DNA of 63,609 nt, counting the filler, from Dimorphilus gyrociliatus (lineage: Eukaryota; Animalia; Annelida), in assembly GCA_904063045.1 (NCBI GenBank). It is 5 parts of 5 records of this genome, joined end to end, with 100 filler letters (N's around TTAATTAATTAA, not from the genome) between each part and the next. Parts side by side here need not be neighbours in the genome. Positions count along the whole stretch, not along the records: positions 1 to 7,963 come from CAJFCJ010000189.1; positions 8,064 to 23,158 come from CAJFCJ010000234.1; 3 more parts are not named here. One strand, given 5' to 3'. The notes below the pieces were generated by a model, which had not been told where the DNA came from, searched no databases, and saw only the letters and a program-made list of their open reading frames with translations. Position numbers and translations under genes: made by a program. Position 1 is the first letter of the stretch. Every line of letters begins with the position of its first letter. Shown here in pieces: positions 1 through 11,786 of this stretch.

Positions 1-94
1 TCAACAACAAAAGCAAATTTCTTTACAAAATTTAAAACTGCAAATGTTGATTGATTGATTGAAAAAAAAGAAAAATTTTAATATTTTTTTCTAC

Positions 95-1526
95 CTGTAA
101 GACAAATTGTCATAATGAATGTTGGAATAATTTGAATATAAAGTTTTTTCGAGTTGGATAATATTACATAGTCATTTGTTAAATATGAATTGTAAATATT
201 ATCAGTAAGAATTTTGGTTACATCATCACCATCCAAATTCTTAGTTATATTTTTAATTATGTCAATTTTACCTTGAAATTAAAAAAAAAACAACAAAAAT
301 TTATTTATAAATTTACTTTATCCCTCTTTTTTATTATTTACTCAGTAAGTTTCCATTATCTGTTTGCTTATCTTCTCCATAGATTCCCAATTCATAAATA
401 TTATACTTGTAAAGGTCCTTGTCGTATTGGTTATTAAGATTGATAAGAACATATCTTCCTTCCAGAGTGCTATTTGCAAAAAGTATGTTTGTTTCATGCT
501 CTCCTTTACTTTTTGAATCATAATATTTTGCAATATATTGAGTGGCATCATTGTTAAAGGAGGTTGCTGGCAAATTTCCAACCGTTACAGATACATTATT
601 GAAGTTCACAATGGATTCTGAAAAGAAAAATTAAAGAAAAATCTTTCTATCAAAATAATGAAAGGAGCTTCAAACTTTTATGTCCGGTTATAAAAATACC
701 CCAAATTTGGATTTTTTTACCAAAATCAAATCTAAAATGTATTCCTCTATCAGCTATTCTTTCCCAGCAAGTAGCAATAGAAAGATCTGTAATAATGCCT
801 ATTGTTTCAACATTATTAAACTTTTCATAATTGTTCAAGTTGAGCCTTTGGATGTCTGAAAGAAAAAATTAACAAAGTTTGATATTTTTAATAAATAAAT
901 TAAGAAAAAATCTTCATTATTTGTTTACATCTCTTCTTGATGAATTCACCATAAACTCTTATATCACATAGGGCACTTAGGTATTTATTCAATACAGTTA
1001 GCTGAAGCACTAAGAATGATCCATTTGAATTTGGTTGACAGGTTATGCATTGAAAATCATTAATGTCATTAGATTTTGGAATAGGAGTATTATCAATAGT
1101 TGCACATAAATTTCCAAACTGATCAATTGGACTTTCTTTGAGTATTATTTTGAAGTTTTTAAATAAATTGCCTAAAAATGTATGTTGAAAGTTGTTAAGA
1201 ATATTAATGACGTGACACTTTCTCTCTCTCTCGCTCTCTTCCTTACCTCCACCACTTTCAGTTTGTATAATACATACTTCTTTTATCATGAAGAAATCTT
1301 TCAAATCCAACATCCACCAACTAAATATTTCTCTGTCTCTAGGTAAACGGGAGCATTCAGACACCAAAAGTACTCTGTTATCATCAACAGCTTTATGGGC
1401 CAATGCATTACCCAATTGTGAACTCTGAAAAGCTGGATTGTTTCTTATAGGAATTTCTTGCCCATTGGAGATTATCTTAAATGTTTGAAATACTATGAAA
1501 TTTCGAATGATGTTTAAAATTATCAT
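95..1526 (-). CDS. Multi-exon secreted protein with fucolectin (FTP)/F5-8C galactose-binding-fold domains; 3' end runs off the window
   Basis: ORF 900..1526 has FTP motifs (AFQSS...AHKAVD, WWMLDL, LCDIRVYG). In-frame 75-nt GT-AG intron at 1172-1246. Phase-1 splice RVY-g/ac joins the exon at about 856. Further GT-AG exons correspond to ORFs 650..838 and 334..609 and to about 95-270. Confidence 0.7.
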
Positions 1527-3844
1527 ATTGTAGGCAACTTAAAGCTTCCCCCCTGTCTCTTTGCCCGATAAATTACAAAACTAACAAGAAAACATCTCCT
1601 CTTAAAGCAGAAAATGTCACATTGACTTGTTATCTATTCCACTTTATATTTTCAATATTATAAAAGGGCAAGTAGGTTGTCAAAAAAAATTCTGTTTAAT
1701 GTCAATTATCAACAGACTACAATTGCTTTTTTAAACTTTAGATATGATTAGTTCTATTAAAAAGAGTTTATATATGTTTTTATGCCTTTTTTTCGAAATC
1801 AATCAAAAGTATTTCACATTTACCTTTAAAAAATGATTGTTGTAGGTCATTTTGTCTTACTCAACATATAATTCCAATATTAATATTCTGCAATTAGCTT
1901 ACCCTATATGTAGTGTAGATATTATCATTTTAGCGTTTGTTACATTTACCCTATCATGTAGATAAGGAGTACTACATTCTGCTAAAATTTTCCCATCTTA
2001 TGCAACTTTCTGACATTCTAAAAATATTCAACAACCATAAAAACAACAACAGTAGGTAAGAAGAAAGAAAACTAAAAAACCTACAACCATTTAATCAATA
2101 AATATCCTCACAATGAAATACTGGTGTTTTATTAATTAATTCCCAACTAAATTTCATTTATTGCGACTATTTTTGGATGAACTTTAAAGGTTGTATACGG
2201 TGCGAGTACTTTGGTAAATTGGTAAATGATTAGAAATTATGAATTCAATTGTGACAAGCTAGAAAATCCCTACAATTACAATATAACAAACTACAAAAAT
2301 CAATATTTTTTGTAATTATTTTGATTTATACATATAAATTCATATGGAAATATTCTATGATATTTTGGATATGAAAAAACGTATGAAAAACAAAATATTT
2401 CATCACTTCCATATTTACAATCAAACATTTCATTGCATAGCTGATTAGGGGAAAGTAACTTTGTTTATTTATACATTTGAAGTATCTGTGTGGAAAGAAA
2501 TTTTCTTTAAAAGAAAGTACATTAAAAAGAAAAAGAGACTCTTTCTCTCTCTTTCTCTTTTATTACCACACTACAAGATTTAATATTTAACAGACAATTT
2601 AAAATATTCTCCAACTTTTCTGTTAACTTGAACAAAGTTGCTCTGAGTAGATTATGAGTTTTACCCTAACTCTTAGTTGAAACCAATCTAACAACAAAAC
2701 AACAGTTCATTTATTTTTCCTAAGCCTAATTTCAAGGTAAACTTTAACCCAAAGTTTCCCAGGAATGGATGTTTTTAGCAAAATTTTAAGATTAGAAAAA
2801 TTGAACTCATCAAAATTGGAAGCTACAAATTCCAACAATTACAATACAGCATAGTACATCAATAATTCTTCATTTGGATAATAAACCTTATGATTTTACA
2901 TCATTTAAAGTATCATATTATTTGTAAATAATTCATATTTTTGAAAGACATTTTCTTTTAGATAGCAAACTTTCACTCAAGATAATGTTCATGTTTTTTG
3001 TCTTTCTTCTTATTCTTACTTTTGCATTTAGAAATTACCTATCTCAGAAAATGCATACAATTACCCTATTTACAGACTTAACTGTGCTAATCACTCTTGG
3101 AGGTGATGATAACTTAGAATGATACTCTACGCCCTTTTAGCCAGTGCTTCATAATAGAATATCCATCTTTCCGAAATCAATCAAGGTTATAAGGAATCTA
3201 TCTCAAGTCGAGACATTTAATTAGATTTCCAACAGCCTCATGTCCTAGACCTAATATGTCATTTAGGTCAATGTCAAATATGTTTGCTCTTCCTTTTTTA
3301 AATTCTCAAACAAACTTCATTACTGAACCCTTAAGGTTGAATTTCCAAAAACATCTTTCAATTCTCTACAAAAATTAATAGCAATAGCTTGCTTTGCATA
3401 AAATAAGTGAGTATGCCATTGTCCACAGTGGGCCTCCACTAAATCATCTATAACTTTTTGATTCAGAGATCATAAGTCAGTAAATGGATAGTTAAATAAT
3501 TAATGTACTTTCTACTAATGATGATAATATAGGCCTAAAGTACGCCATTTTAAAATTATAGCAAAATGGTTAATATTAAAACTATAACAAACCCTACAAT
3601 GAACAGTACGGTTCATTAATGTTGATTTTCTGAATTAATTTTGAATGTATGTTATCAGATACACACTGTGCGTGCTAGCGACCATATATATATGTTATGT
3701 TATCATCATTAAGAGTGATTGTATAATTTTGTTTTAAAAACAAAGCATTTGAAGCATGTGGACAGAAATATTGGTAAATTTTTAAAATTAGTCACAAAAT
3801 GTTAAAATATACTGCTCAATACAATCAATTAAACTACTTTTAAG

Positions 3845-6800
3845 GACTTGTCAAAATAAAAGATGCATTCATAAACGATATTTATGCGACTCATCCGATG
3901 ATTGCAGAGATGGTTCAGATGAGCAAAAATGCGAATTTCCAGGTTTGTTTCCAATACTATGAAACACTAAACCTGACAAACATTATTATAACTATGCTCT
4001 TTAATCAAAGGGGAGCTTGGATTCAAATGTCAAAGTAGATCTATTATTAAAAAATCATCAGTATGTGATTACAAGTTGGATTGTTTTTATGGAACGGATG
4101 AACATTCTCAGAAAATAGATTGTTTGTATATTGAATTTTTGGAGGTTGTTGAAAACGCCAAAAAATGTTTCTGTGCGCTATACCCTAACCCTAAATCAAC
4201 CCTAGCCATTGCCCTATATTTTTGTATTCCTGCTAACAATCAGTCACTACCTACCTAACTGACTGTAAATCATTTGTATTTTAATGTGTCCCAGCCCTCT
4301 TACAACCTGAAGTAATAATTTTTAAAAAATCTCAAAAAATGAGTGTTTTCAACGGCACCCTCCCATACTCTCTTTGTTCCTCCTTTTATACTTTTATTGA
4401 CAAGTTAATAAATAGGTTCTAAAGAAAGGATAAGACTCTCTCGTTGTCATTATCATTACTCGAAGAGATATTCAGGAAAAACTTTTTTATGGTCCAAGTT
4501 TTATGGTTTATATTTTTTAAATTTAAACAAAAACCACTGTGCTTACTACTTTCAATTATTAAAGATATATATGAAAATTATATTTTTCATACCACAACTG
4601 TGGATGGTAAGTGAAGCGAATACACTAAATTTAAATAAATTGATAAAAAACAAAAGGAATCTTTTCTAAAAGGGTCTGTTCGTTGTAATTATGTCTTTCG
4701 ATCTCAGCTATCGGCTGACACGTACACTCATCCACCATGGAATTTTTTAATCAATTGTAGGAGTTCTGGAGGCTGTAAACCTGGTTTTTATAGATGTATG
4801 ATATATAGATGTTGTATTTAATCTAGCAAAATTTGTGATGGAACTTATGATTGCTATCTGAAAGATGATGAACTTGGATGTGGTAATAATAATTTGATAA
4901 TTTAGTAAAGTTTCTTATTGACTTTATTCTCTTTTAGAATGGTCCAGACCAAAAGGTCTTTACCACTGCAGAAACAGTTCTAAATACATTTCAATATGGA
5001 AATTCATTTTGCAGAAACCATAGATGTCCTTCAGGAGACGACATAGATAGTAGAATTTGTCAACAAAATATTTTTTGTCCAACAGGATGTGTTTGTTCTT
5101 CGCCATTTGATATTAACTGCGCTTTCGTGATTAACACAACAAAAGCACACAATCAAATGATCAAAGGTTTATCGCTGATGTCAATGAAGCAATCGTTTGA
5201 TGTAATATTGAATTATTTTTTCAAAAATCATTATTCATTTTTAATCAAACTACTAATTAAAAATTCAAATATTTCAACACTGAATGTATTGAAGAAATTT
5301 TCCAATTTAAAAATTTTACGTATTGAGCATTGTAGTAACATTTACAGGTTAACATCTGAATCATTCGATCAATTAGTAAGCTTGTATTACTTAAATTTAA
5401 CAACAAATGGAATTGTTGATATTGAAGATGAAACTTTTCTAAATCTTAGACAATTACAAATTCTTGATTTATCAAATAATAATTTTAAAGTAATTAGTTC
5501 TAAATTATTTGCAAATCTCATTAAATTAAGAGTATTATCACTTGAAAGTTTAAAATTGACTAGTGTAGATAGATTTTCATTAGCAAATTTAACAAAACTG
5601 GTAAAGTTATCTTTGAAAAATACTACTATTTTCAACATTTTTGAGCTTAAAGCAGACTTTTATGAAAATAATATTAATATGAAAATATTAGTCAGTAAAT
5701 ATATTATTTTATGCTGTTTTGCTGAAAGGAAATGGAAGATGGAAATATGTCGACCGGAGAAAAAGATATTCTTTTAGTGTAGTCAACTGATTAATTCTCA
5801 AATTTTGAAAAGTTATAAAAATTACAGAAAGGAGAGGAAGGATGTAATGGAAAGCGTCTAAATTTTGGGTGAAAATGGTTATTAGCAATAATACGCCTAA
5901 GGGATAAGGGTCGGGGTAAAACCGTACTTGTGATGGACGTTTTCTGTTACACCTGTAGAAATTATTCTCAAAACTACTCAATTTTTCATGTCCTTTCTTT
6001 TTTTTCCATTTAACCTTAGAGATTGTATATACTTTAATAACTTTGGGTTGTTTCGGCAATGGTTTATCATTGTATTTTAAGATTAAAAATCATAAAAAAC
6101 CAACAAATCTACTTCGTATAAGTTTAACAATTGCAGATTTTGCATTTGTTATATATCTATTTATCATTGCTGTTTATGATTAGAAATTCAAAGATCAATA
6201 TATGGATTACGATTGGGACTGGAGGCATAGCAAAATGTGTACATTTTTAAATATTTTCAGTAGTTCATCATGCCTTCTCTCATCATTTAGTCTAGTTCTA
6301 TTGACACTGGCAAAAGTGGCTGCTGTTAAACAATACAGATATATTCTTTACATGAGTCATAAAGCTGTAGCAAGTTTATTAATAATATCTTTGTTGACAG
6401 TTGTATCATTGGCTTTATTTCCTTCTTTCTATTTTGAGGTTTAAATTAGACATTTTCTTATAATCTCTTAACTCTTTCTATCATAAAATCTATTAGAAAT
6501 ACTCAACAAGATATCCGTTATGCTTTTCACTTCATTTAACAAATCAGGGGATAGATGGACGGATTTATTCGTTTATAGTCTTTTCAATATTACACATATT
6601 GTTAATAATTTTAGTTTCCTATTATTACATGAAAATTTTAAAGGAAGTAGCGAGTTCTAGTAAAATCATATCAAAAGCTCAATATTTTTCAAGAATGATG
6701 AATGTATTATTAATTGGTTTCTTGGTTGTACTAACAAATATTATTACATGGTTGCCTGTTATTGTTATAAGTAAGGAAAAAAACAAACAAGATTTGGTGT

Positions 6801-7006
6801 TTGTTTGTTAATAAATTGACTTTAAATTATTTAATCTAGGTATTTTGGCTCTTTTTGAAAAAAGCCCTTTAACACAAGAAACTTATTTATGGATATTTGT
6901 GTGTATTTTGCCCGTTAATTCTGCTTTAAATCCTTTTATTTATAATAGCTTTGAAATAAGAGATATTTTCAGGAAGACGGATACAATTGCCAAGTATTTT
7001 AAGTAG
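3845..7006 (+). pseudogene. GRL101-like (LGR type C) GPCR: LDLa repeats + LRR + 7TM, disabled
   Basis: LDLa repeats ([28 protein letters not shown]; CDYKLDCFYGTDE; CDGTYDCYLKDDELGC), LRRs in ORF 5127..5777, TM1 GCFGNGL, TM3 WRHSKMC, TM7 LPVNSALNPFIY. In-frame stops at about 4818, 5775 and 6181 and a frameshift near 5000. Confidence 0.88.
5835..5960. repeat. Dispersed repeat fragment inside a 208-nt intron (5811-6018) of the LGR gene
   Basis: agggataagggtcggggtaaaaccgtacttgtgatggacgttttctg matches 36778-36820; atggaaagcgtc recurs at about 40908. Confidence 0.55.
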
Positions 7007-7199
7007 ATTAATCATAATCTTAAAATAATTCTATTCCTTCCATTTTCCACCAAAACAAAAACAAAATAAAATAAACAAGAGAAAAATTATGCAATGATTT
7101 TATTTCTATGAACACTGAAAAAAGTATGAATCTGTTGTATTTAACTCTATCTCTCTCTCTTTTTGAAAATTTAAATAGTAAAACAATGCAGATTTCCTT

Positions 7200-7610
7200 T
7201 TTTACTACCACTAAGGGCAACTGAGTGATGGTTAGGGGGCTTGTGGCGGTCACTCCATTCAGTTTCTTATATTTGGGTTTAGTTCTGGGAGTGTTGTAAC
7301 TGATCCCAGTTGCTGATGTAAGGTCCTCTTTTGAGGCATGCAGTAAGGTGTTATGATCCCCTTTGCACTTGTTACATCTGATGCCAGACTGACAGGCTAT
7401 AACCAGGCCTCATTTACTTCCAGGCTAAACTTTTCTAGAAACCTGCTTCGTAGCCCTTTAGGTAACAGAGATAGAATAGCTGAACAAAGAAAGGATAAAT
7501 CTTCCCAGGTAACTCTGATTTCTGGTTGTTCTACCATTAAATATCTTTGTATGATACAATTTACTGTATGTAACTGTATCAAACGGTTGCTGTATTCTAA
7601 AATTAACTAA
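7200..7610 (-). mobile_element. BEL/Pao LTR retrotransposon gag relic
   Basis: Minus-strand CQSGIRCNKCKGDHNTLLH (about 7337-7394) matches the BEL/Pao Gag Cys-His knuckle. Upstream frame AILSLLPKGLR is Gag-like. Confidence 0.6.
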
Positions 7611-7963
7611 TAAGCAATACCATATAATCATGTGTGGATACACGAGATTACGTAACTACAAGATTGCACCCTGTGGTGCACAATGCAAGATTTAATACTT
7701 AGTATACATAGAGATATACAGTATATATATCTCCCCCAACTGTAATAAAACCCTCGAGATCTGGGGAGTTCTCCAACAGGATGTGCCCTCTTTTCCAAGG
7801 CACATACAGTCCTGACAAATTTCTTTTATATTTTTCATATACCTTTGTTAATTAGTAATAACAAGGTCATTGCAATACTTAGTATAATATTTTGTTTATA
7901 CATATTCCATGATTGGAATGGTTTTAAATCTTTAAATGAAACTTGAATGGCTTTGAATTTGAA

Positions 7964-8063
7964 NNNNNNNNNNNNNNNNNNNNNNNNNNNNNNNNNNNNN
8001 NNNNNNNTTAATTAATTAANNNNNNNNNNNNNNNNNNNNNNNNNNNNNNNNNNNNNNNNNNNN
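7964..8063. other. Artificial contig linker (N44-TTAATTAATTAA-N44)
   Basis: Exactly 100 nt, palindromic core with stops in all six frames, identical at four sites. Confidence 0.98.
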
Positions 8064-8198
8064 GATATATTTTACCGATCTGAAACTTATAAATTTGAAG
8101 ACAGAATAAAGAACTTACTGGAAAAATGCTTCAAAATTAAAGAGGATCGTTCAAACTTTGATGAAATTGTTGATTTTTTTTGCTCCGTGACTATTTGA
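8064..8198 (+). CDS. C-terminal end of a probable protein kinase domain, truncated by the contig start
   Basis: Open frame to TGA: ...IKNLLEKCFKIKEDRSNFDEIVDFF resembles subdomain XI (C...RP.F.EI). Confidence 0.45.
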   Translation, partial: DIFYRSETYKFEDRIKNLLEKCFKIKEDRSNFDEIVDFFCSVTI

Positions 8199-8481
8199 AT
8201 ACACTTAAACGCAACTGACTAATTAAGATTAAGACAAAGGCCATTTTGGCTATTAGCAACCTCTAATTTGAAAAAATGGTATTGTGAAAATATTTCACTA
8301 ACCTAATTCATTTTAATATTTTTTACTTTTTATTGACAGCCTATAATTACTGTCTAATACATAAACAATCGTTTCGGAATAAGAACCATATTATATTGCA
8401 TAGGAATAAAGTGAATAAATCTGTTTTTTAGTTTTGAATAAACTGGTGTTTATTATGAAAGAATTAATTTCTTCAGCCCGA

Positions 8482-9762
8482 TTATAAACTTTTTCCTTTG
8501 TAGACACTTTCACTTACTTCTTTGAGCTCTAAACAGGAATAGATAACAGTAAAGAAACTAAAGTCATGGCAACAGAAATGACGACTGGAATAATGTATTG
8601 GTTCGACTAAGCAGAATTGTTTCCTGTTGCACATTAAAGATACATTTCTAGTTGATTTTAATGATTCGCATTGACTTATCTCGTTAGCTGATAAGATACT
8701 CTCTAAATGTTCCTTACTACAACTTATCCAATCATCTTCGCTGTTTCCATAAAATACATGTTCAATATGAATTATTGACGCGACTGGACATTTTAAACTA
8801 GCAACTTGATGTTTACAAACAATTAGTGGAATGTAATCTAGAAAGAGAGAAACGAAAAGTTAAAAAACCATTTTTTAGACAAAAAAAAACACTTACAATT
8901 CATAGAACTAGTTTGAAAAGGTGCTGTATAATTCATTGTCTTCATTGTTGCAGTTGTTGCAGTTGTTGCAGTTGTTGATTCTATTTGACCAAATTCACTA
9001 CAAATATATTTTACTTCCAAATATTTAAAAATTCCAATACATGGATCACCAAAGATATAATTTTTTGCTCTTATGCTACATTTCTCTCTACTATTACATA
9101 ATTGACCTACTTTTAAGTAGGAATATGATGAATTGCAATTATTAAAGGTAAGTCTTTTCCATAGTCCACGTTTACACGTCTGATAATCATTTGGATATCT
9201 TCCATACAAAACTGATCTAACCTCAATAAATTGTCCAATTGAACAAGCCAAATTAAGTGTTTTATGTTCGCAAACAATTTTCCTTTTTAGGCCTACCGGT
9301 TTCGTCTTGCATTCATAATTAACTGATAAATATTTATTTATGCCAAAACAAGGATCTCCGAAGACTTTATTCATAGCTCCAATTGAACAAAATCTTCTAC
9401 CATTGCATGACGCTGTAGCTATCTTATCAGAATTGTTTGCTTTACAATCTCCGCTTAAAACCCGTTTGTAAAGCGGAGAATTGGTTGAAAGTTTCTGATT
9501 ACAAGTCTTGAAATTTCCTTTCAATCTACCATAAAAGGCGGTTTGTATTGAAATTTCCTCATAAATAGGACATTGAATATTTAATGTACTATGTTCACAA
9601 ACTGTTTTTGAGTGTTTAGAAGCAGCTTTTATAGAAAAAAAAATGATGGAAAAAAAGTTATAAAACTTTTATAAAAATAACTAAAACAAATATAAAAATC
9701 ATCTTACCAGAAAGTTGAATTTCAAATGAAAGGAAGAAAAGAATTACAGACAAAAAGAACAT
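8482..9762 (-). CDS. Secreted rhamnose/galactose-binding (SUEL) lectin, three tandem domains with a Thr-rich linker, 3 exons
   Basis: Signal exon MFFLSVILFFLSFEIQLS; two canonical SUEL domains (YGR...C; FGDPC.G..KYL.V.Y.C); TTATTATTAT linker; GT-AG introns; divergent third domain; TAA at 8482-8484. Confidence 0.9.
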
Positions 9763-9895
9763 CTTTGTAAAAAATACCATAATTGAATAAAGAAAGAATG
9801 AATGCGGGCAGAGTATTAGCAGGATACTCTTACTGATTTTCTTCATTTATATACTTTTGGCTTCCATTCCTAATGACGAGATAATTGAATTGGGT

Positions 9896-9975
9896 TGAAA
9901 CCATACCCGAGTGAAACCAGACCAAAATGAAACCTTACCCAAGTGAAACTGTACCTAAGTGAAATCGTACCCATA
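9896..9975. repeat. 16-bp minisatellite, 5 units (tgaaacc.tacccaag)
   Basis: tgaaaccatacccgag / tgaaaccagaccaaaa / tgaaaccttacccaag / tgaaactgtacctaag / tgaaatcgtacccata. Confidence 0.8.
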
Positions 9976-10339
9976 ATATTCATTTTAAATGTAACATTTT
10001 AAACTTTTCTTTTACAATGAATGTTGTTCCCTCAAGTCTCTTGGCTGCTCTGGAAAGTTTATAGAGGGGAGGTGAGGACTGGAGAGATAGGAGAAATGCG
10101 ATGGTTTCACATTTTCTGCCAGCTGATATCATTTGCTCAAACATTTTACAGACAACAAAAGAAAAATTTGCAGATTTGCTGGAATATTTTCAGACTAGTT
10201 GAATTATGAACTCCATTTATGGTCAGATGGTTTACTTAAAAAGTCAAACTGAAGGTAGATACAATAATAACCTTAATAATATTGTATAAATGATAATTCG
10301 AGAACCGTTTCTTAATTATAAAAATGAAGATCTACTCAA

Positions 10340-10560
10340 TTGATAGCATAAAGATTTGAATTAGGGTATTGCATGGAAAATTTGGGTGCTTTTTACTAAT
10401 AAAGCAATAAAAAGTTTTAGAAAAAATGAGACTTTCTCCAACAAAAGAATGGGGAATGGTATGATTTCTTTCGTGGAAGGATCATATTCCCAATTCGTAA
10501 TGTCTCCTGTAAGGTAATAGCCTTTGGTGGACGTGCCTTGAAAAAAAGTAGCAAAACACT
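10340..10560 (+). pseudogene. dnaG: Bacterial DNA primase internal fragment, frameshifted
   Basis: Manual translation: FELGY...AFTNKAI...LEKM.L..QQKNGEWYDFFRGRIIFPIRNVSCKVIAFGGRALKK, the DnaG catalytic-core N-terminal motif (DRFRGRIIFPI...VIAFGGR). Confidence 0.85.
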
Positions 10561-10706
10561 TTATGTCACTGCAAACTACTGTTGTAAATCTCAGTTGTAA
10601 TTAACATAATTATTCGAATAATAGACCTGAAAGAACCTCAATACATCTCTTGGAAGGTTCTTCAAATATCGCCACAGGACATTCTATTTGAAATTAATAA
10701 TTAGCC

Positions 10707-11050
10707 GACATTGAAAACTTTTTAAAACGTTTAAAGAAAGTAGGAAATGTATTAGATATAAATGAATTAAACTAAAAATATCATCTAGAAAGTTGAACGA
10801 TAAGTGAAATTGTACAACACTGTGTCAATAGCCACATGAATTCCTTTATTCCACTTAAATTGCTTTTAATGTAATCCCAGCATTCATCCATATTATGAAA
10901 TATTGTTGGGTAGAATTAGCTGATTTTGTGGAAACCAAAATATAAGATCAAGACAATGCAAAAACAGCTTTTCATCCAGAGCAAGATTGGATGAATCAGT
11001 ATGCATTTGCTACCATTGTAACATATCATCTTGCACACACTTTAAACAAG
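10707..11050 (+). pseudogene. Bacterial YfiT/BstA-like (DinB superfamily) bacillithiol transferase relic
   Basis: DIENFLKRLKK...ELN*KYHLES*TISEIVQHCVNSHMNSFIPLKLLL...IHPYYE..WVELAD...KTAFHPE...HCN.HLAH matches WTI.QVVHHCADSHMNSFIRFKL and HC.HHLAH. Several stops and frameshifts. Confidence 0.8.
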
Positions 11051-11118
11051 CCAACAGAGTACAAAAGGTCCCTTTAATTAAATCTGTTATAAGACTTCTA
11101 TTCGTATTTAACAAGATC

Positions 11119-11759
11119 TTATTGATCTGCTAGTTCATTTATGGATCTTGATTGGAAAAACTTTAAATCATTCCCCTTTTCGGCTATGTTTAAGAAGGAC
11201 TTCCCAATATTTTCGGTGGTTGTTATATAATTTGGAGCGAGGCATTTTAACAGTGGGTAAAGTACTTTTACAACAGGTTCTGCAGCTCCATAAGTTCTAG
11301 AAGTAATATCTCCTATTGGCTTTATAACTGCTAAACGAAAAACATATCCATTTTCCCCAGATCGAAGAATGAAATTTTCAATTTTACCCCTCACATTTTT
11401 CCAATAAGATCACTACCCTCAGCCGAAATATATAAAAATCTCAGATCCGGATTCTGTTCCCATAGCAAATCAGCAAACAATTTGGTAAGATCAAATGTCA
11501 TTTTATGATAATAATCATCTGCCGCACCAAGAGCTGAAATACCAATTGAATAAAAGCAAGCATCATAGCCCTTCAACTGTTCTTTAATGGAATCCAATTG
11601 AAACATATCTTCCAATAAAATCTCCTTCACTTTGGGATGCTCAAAACCGATGCTTTTTCGGTTTATTATTAAAACTTCTCCTACTCTACTGTCTTTGACG
11701 CATTGCAACAATGCACCTTTTCCCATCAAGCCGGATGATCCTGTAATCACAACTTTCAT
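11119..11759 (-). pseudogene. Bacterial NAD(P)-binding epimerase/dehydratase-like (atypical SDR) gene split by one frameshifting deletion
   Basis: ORFs 11391..11759 and 11119..11394 are consecutive halves (VVITGSSGLMG, GYDACFYSIG, MTFDLT, GKIEN, GYVFR); intronless; the expected W-A-R-V-K segment is deleted at the junction. Confidence 0.88.
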
Positions 11760-11778
11760 ATCGTTTTTTTTTATTTAC

Positions 11779-11786
11779 CAAAGCTA
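11779..11786 (-). promoter_or_regulatory. Bacteroidota-type -7 promoter motif TAnnTTTG (TAGCTTTG) with an A-rich, SD-less leader
   Basis: Minus strand reads TAGCTTTG-gtaaataaaaaaaaacgat-ATG. No convincing -33 element. Confidence 0.4.

Noticed and set aside
3130-3500. Minus-strand decayed frame (EAHCGQWH..FCRELKDVFGNST) that might be a transposase relic
   Set aside because: No diagnostic motif I can assign.
4183-4210. CCCTAA/TTAGGG motifs as telomeres or interstitial telomeric arrays
   Set aside because: Only two units at each site; better explained as pieces of a dispersed repeat.
5387-6059. Antisense and alternate-frame ORFs (5387..5638, 5709..6059; also 14936..15118, 24748..25059, 24888..25157, 47207..47434, 53065..53307)
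   Set aside because: Shadows of real coding sequence on the other strand or frame.
9290-9308. Minus-strand GACGAAACCGGTA, resembling a hammerhead 3' half with a palindromic helix III
   Set aside because: No upstream CUGANGA or helix II partner; lies in the lectin coding frame (KTKPV).
9896-9975. Short repeat arrays (also 20661-20815) as CRISPR
   Set aside because: Contiguous degenerate units without unique spacers, no cas genes, eukaryotic context.
11391-11394. GTGA stop/start overlap suggesting a two-gene bacterial operon
   Set aside because: The two ORFs are halves of one protein family; the overlap is a frameshift lesion.
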